Part shown: positions 61,924-64,000 of the stretch, in pieces
Numbering within the stretch: the first letter of the stretch is position 1
Layout of the letters: every line of letters starts with the position of its first letter
DNA from: Candidatus Brocadiia bacterium
Lineage (GTDB): Bacteria > Planctomycetota > Brocadiia > SM23-32
Direction of reading: 5' to 3'
DNA: 64,000 nucleotides
Assembly (NCBI GenBank): GCA_046538485.1
Contig: JBKHIT010000008.1
Coordinates: 1 to 64,000 of the forward strand
The notes under the pieces: model-generated
Database searches by the model: none
Told to the model about the DNA's origin: nothing
What the model saw: the letters and a program-made list of their open reading frames with translations, nothing else
Made by a program: the position numbers and the translations under genes

Positions 61924-62062
61924 GGCAGACGCGACGTTTCCGAGGGCACATGTTAAAATAGAAGCACGATCCTTTCGAACCACAAACAGGCTGGGAAAAC
62001 GGAGTTTAGAAGCTTTTCCAGTGATGTTGCCGGTCTCTTCTGCGCTTATTGGCAAAACTGAG

Positions 62063-64000
62063 ATGCTGAAACATCAGGTGAAAAACTTTTCGCGACCGAA
62101 ACAGTCTCTGGGCATCGCAATCCTGACCATCGTGCTGTTACTTTCGGTCAATCTCAATGGGGCACCCGCAGAAAATCAGAACGAAAAAGGATATCTGGAA
62201 CACGCCAGTGAACTGATCAACGAAAAGAAATACAACCAGGCCATTCTTTTGCTGAAGAAGAACCTCCGGGAAATGCCACTGGACTCGCCCCACTTGTTTC
62301 GCGCGCTGGGCCGCCTGAGAACAGCAACGAAGCTATCGTGGGAAGGTAACCTTTACGCGTCCGAAATCCGCCGCCTTTTAAATCGAATCCCCGAATCCAA
62401 CCCGGGAGACGAGCGGCGTCGCGAGATCCATCAGAAATTGCTGTGCCGCCTCGCGAAGCATCACTATGATCGACGAGAATCATTCGCAGCGATTGAGGTA
62501 TATGAAAAAGCCCTGGAACTTTCGACGGGAAACGAAAAAACGCGGCTCAAAAAGCGCCTGGCGAGTTTGTACGAAGAAGTGGGGGAGTTCGAAAAAGCAC
62601 TTGAAATCAGAAAACAACAGCTCGCTGAATCACCCGACAGCCGCGCCCAACTTCGGCAGGTTGCCAAGCTCTATTTCCGCCTCGGCCAACAGGAAAAAGG
62701 CCTGGAACTGGTACATGATCGGGAAAATCCGGCGCTCACAGCAAGCCTGGCCCGAGAGTTGTATCGCGCCAAATTCCTGAACGAAGCCGAGCAGCTTGCT
62801 CGCCACGCCCGCCGTAACGGACAAAATCTCGACCGGTTGCTGGCGCGGATTCTGAAAGACCAGAAGAAATTCGATGAGGCGCTCTATCTCCTCACAGAAC
62901 ATTACCAGCAGATGAACCTTGAAAAACGCGGCACCTGGCGGGCACGCCGAACGGCCGAAGAAATAGCAGAGGTCCATCGTCATCGTGGCACACTTCCCGA
63001 TGCCATCCTGAAAGCGGAAGAAAAACTTGCTGCCCTGCCTGAGGGCAAAGGACAAAGCCGGCAAAAATATCTGATACTCCTCTACAAGCTTCATGCAACC
63101 GCAGGGAACCACCAGAAAGCGCTCGAATACTGTCTCGCTTATCGAAAATATCTCGACGAAAAAGACAAAAGACGTGTGGACAGTTGGATCGAAAAAGTGG
63201 GGCGCCCCGCCTTCCAGAGACTGCTATCGCGACGACAGATTGAAACGGCAGAGGAACTCCTGGCAAATCTCGAGAAAAAAGGCATCAGCGGCACCTGGCT
63301 GGACTGCTGTCGCTACCACCTGCTTCTGCAGAGCGGGCAAGCTGAGGATGCCAGGTCATATCTGGCCAAACTGGAGAAAAAATGCGCCGATAAGGAATCG
63401 AAAATCTATGCTCTCGCCGAAGAATTCGCCAACTGGGGAAAAACAGCCGATTGCGTAAAACTCTGGGAAAACATTCTGGAATCAGAACCGCACAACAGCA
63501 TCTACGATATCAATGCCCACGTCCGACTGGCGCGTTACCGCCTTGCAAAAGAACAATACAGCAAAGCTGTCGAGCATTTTGACGCCGTGAACCGAAGCCT
63601 GACCGAACGCAGCATGGCCATCCTCCACGAAGAGTACTTCCGGCGTCTTGAAATGAAAGCGCGCTACGGGGCGGCCGATAGAAACGGGGATATCCTCGCA
63701 AAATTCCTTCAGGATGCCCGCCCCGTCAAACGCAGGGCTGCCGTCTGGTTCCTCGGACGTGTCGGAGCACCCGAACACATCGAGAAGCTCAAAATGATCA
63801 GAAATGGTGCCTCTCCAAAACTGCTTTCACTCGTCGACGAAGCCATCACTTTGATCCAAACTCGTCACCTGACTGGTGAAGATCAAAGGGGACCGCGCTC
63901 GGAAAAAGAGTTTCAAGACGAGCTGGCCAAAATCGGCAAGGTTCTGTGGATAAAGGAAGATCCGTTCGCCAAAAACCAGCTCTGGGCCGCTTTCACGCAC
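62063..64000 (+). CDS. Exported TPR/HEAT-repeat protein, runs off the right edge (partial)
   Basis: Not in the ORF track. Manual translation MLKHQVKNFSRPKQSLGIAILTIVLLLS... is open to the end, with TPR-like repeats and a RRAAVWFLGRVG HEAT-like segment. Alternative starts at 62021 and 62024. Confidence 0.75.
   Translation, partial: MLKHQVKNFSRPKQSLGIAILTIVLLLSVNLNGAPAENQNEKGYLEHASELINEKKYNQAILLLKKNLREMPLDSPHLFRALGRLRTATKLSWEGNLYASEIRRLLNRIPESNPGDERRREIHQKLLCRLAKHHYDRRESFAAIEVYEKALELSTGNEKTRLKKRLASLYEEVGEFEKALEIRKQQLAESPDSRAQLRQVAKLYFRLGQQEKGLELVHDRENPALTASLARELYRAKFLNEAEQLARHARRNGQNLDRLLARILKDQKKFDEALYLLTEHYQQMNLEKRGTWRARRTAEEIAEVHRHRGTLPDAILKAEEKLAALPEGKGQSRQKYLILLYKLHATAGNHQKALEYCLAYRKYLDEKDKRRVDSWIEKVGRPAFQRLLSRRQIETAEELLANLEKKGISGTWLDCCRYHLLLQSGQAEDARSYLAKLEKKCADKESKIYALAEEFANWGKTADCVKLWENILESEPHNSIYDINAHVRLARYRLAKEQYSKAVEHFDAVNRSLTERSMAILHEEYFRRLEMKARYGAADRNGDILAKFLQDARPVKRRAAVWFLGRVGAPEHIEKLKMIRNGASPKLLSLVDEAITLIQTRHLTGEDQRGPRSEKEFQDELAKIGKVLWIKEDPFAKNQLWAAFTH

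Overview
Bacterial chromosomal window, most consistent with a Planctomycetota/PVC organism (two prepilin-type N-methylation/H-X9-DG-like proteins, many TPR and sugar-use genes). Strongly acidic cytoplasmic proteins suggest a salt-adapted species. The backbone is housekeeping and carbohydrate metabolism: alr, rpsT, galK, leuS, coaX, prfA, rpmE, pyk, pyrB/pyrI, PTS enzyme I, FGGY kinase, class II aldolase, Gfo/Idh/MocA oxidoreductases and GH130. The most unusual signals are non-coding. (1) A dispersed ~157-165 bp repeat family occurs at four loci, partly in tandem and all on the same strand; each unit has a type III hammerhead-like layout with a non-canonical core. (2) A ~180 nt element resembles a compact raiA-motif RNA. 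(3) A ~175 nt rod-like, 6S-like RNA candidate. (4) A ~460 nt promoter-to-terminator, tetraloop-rich transcript lies inside a decayed island that also carries an RHS fragment. Also present are an internally deleted IS, a degenerate MglA-like GTPase next to a DprA ending in a beta-clamp-type motif, and tandem TPR-receiver proteins with no output domain. All calls are by eye; no database searches or folding programs were run.
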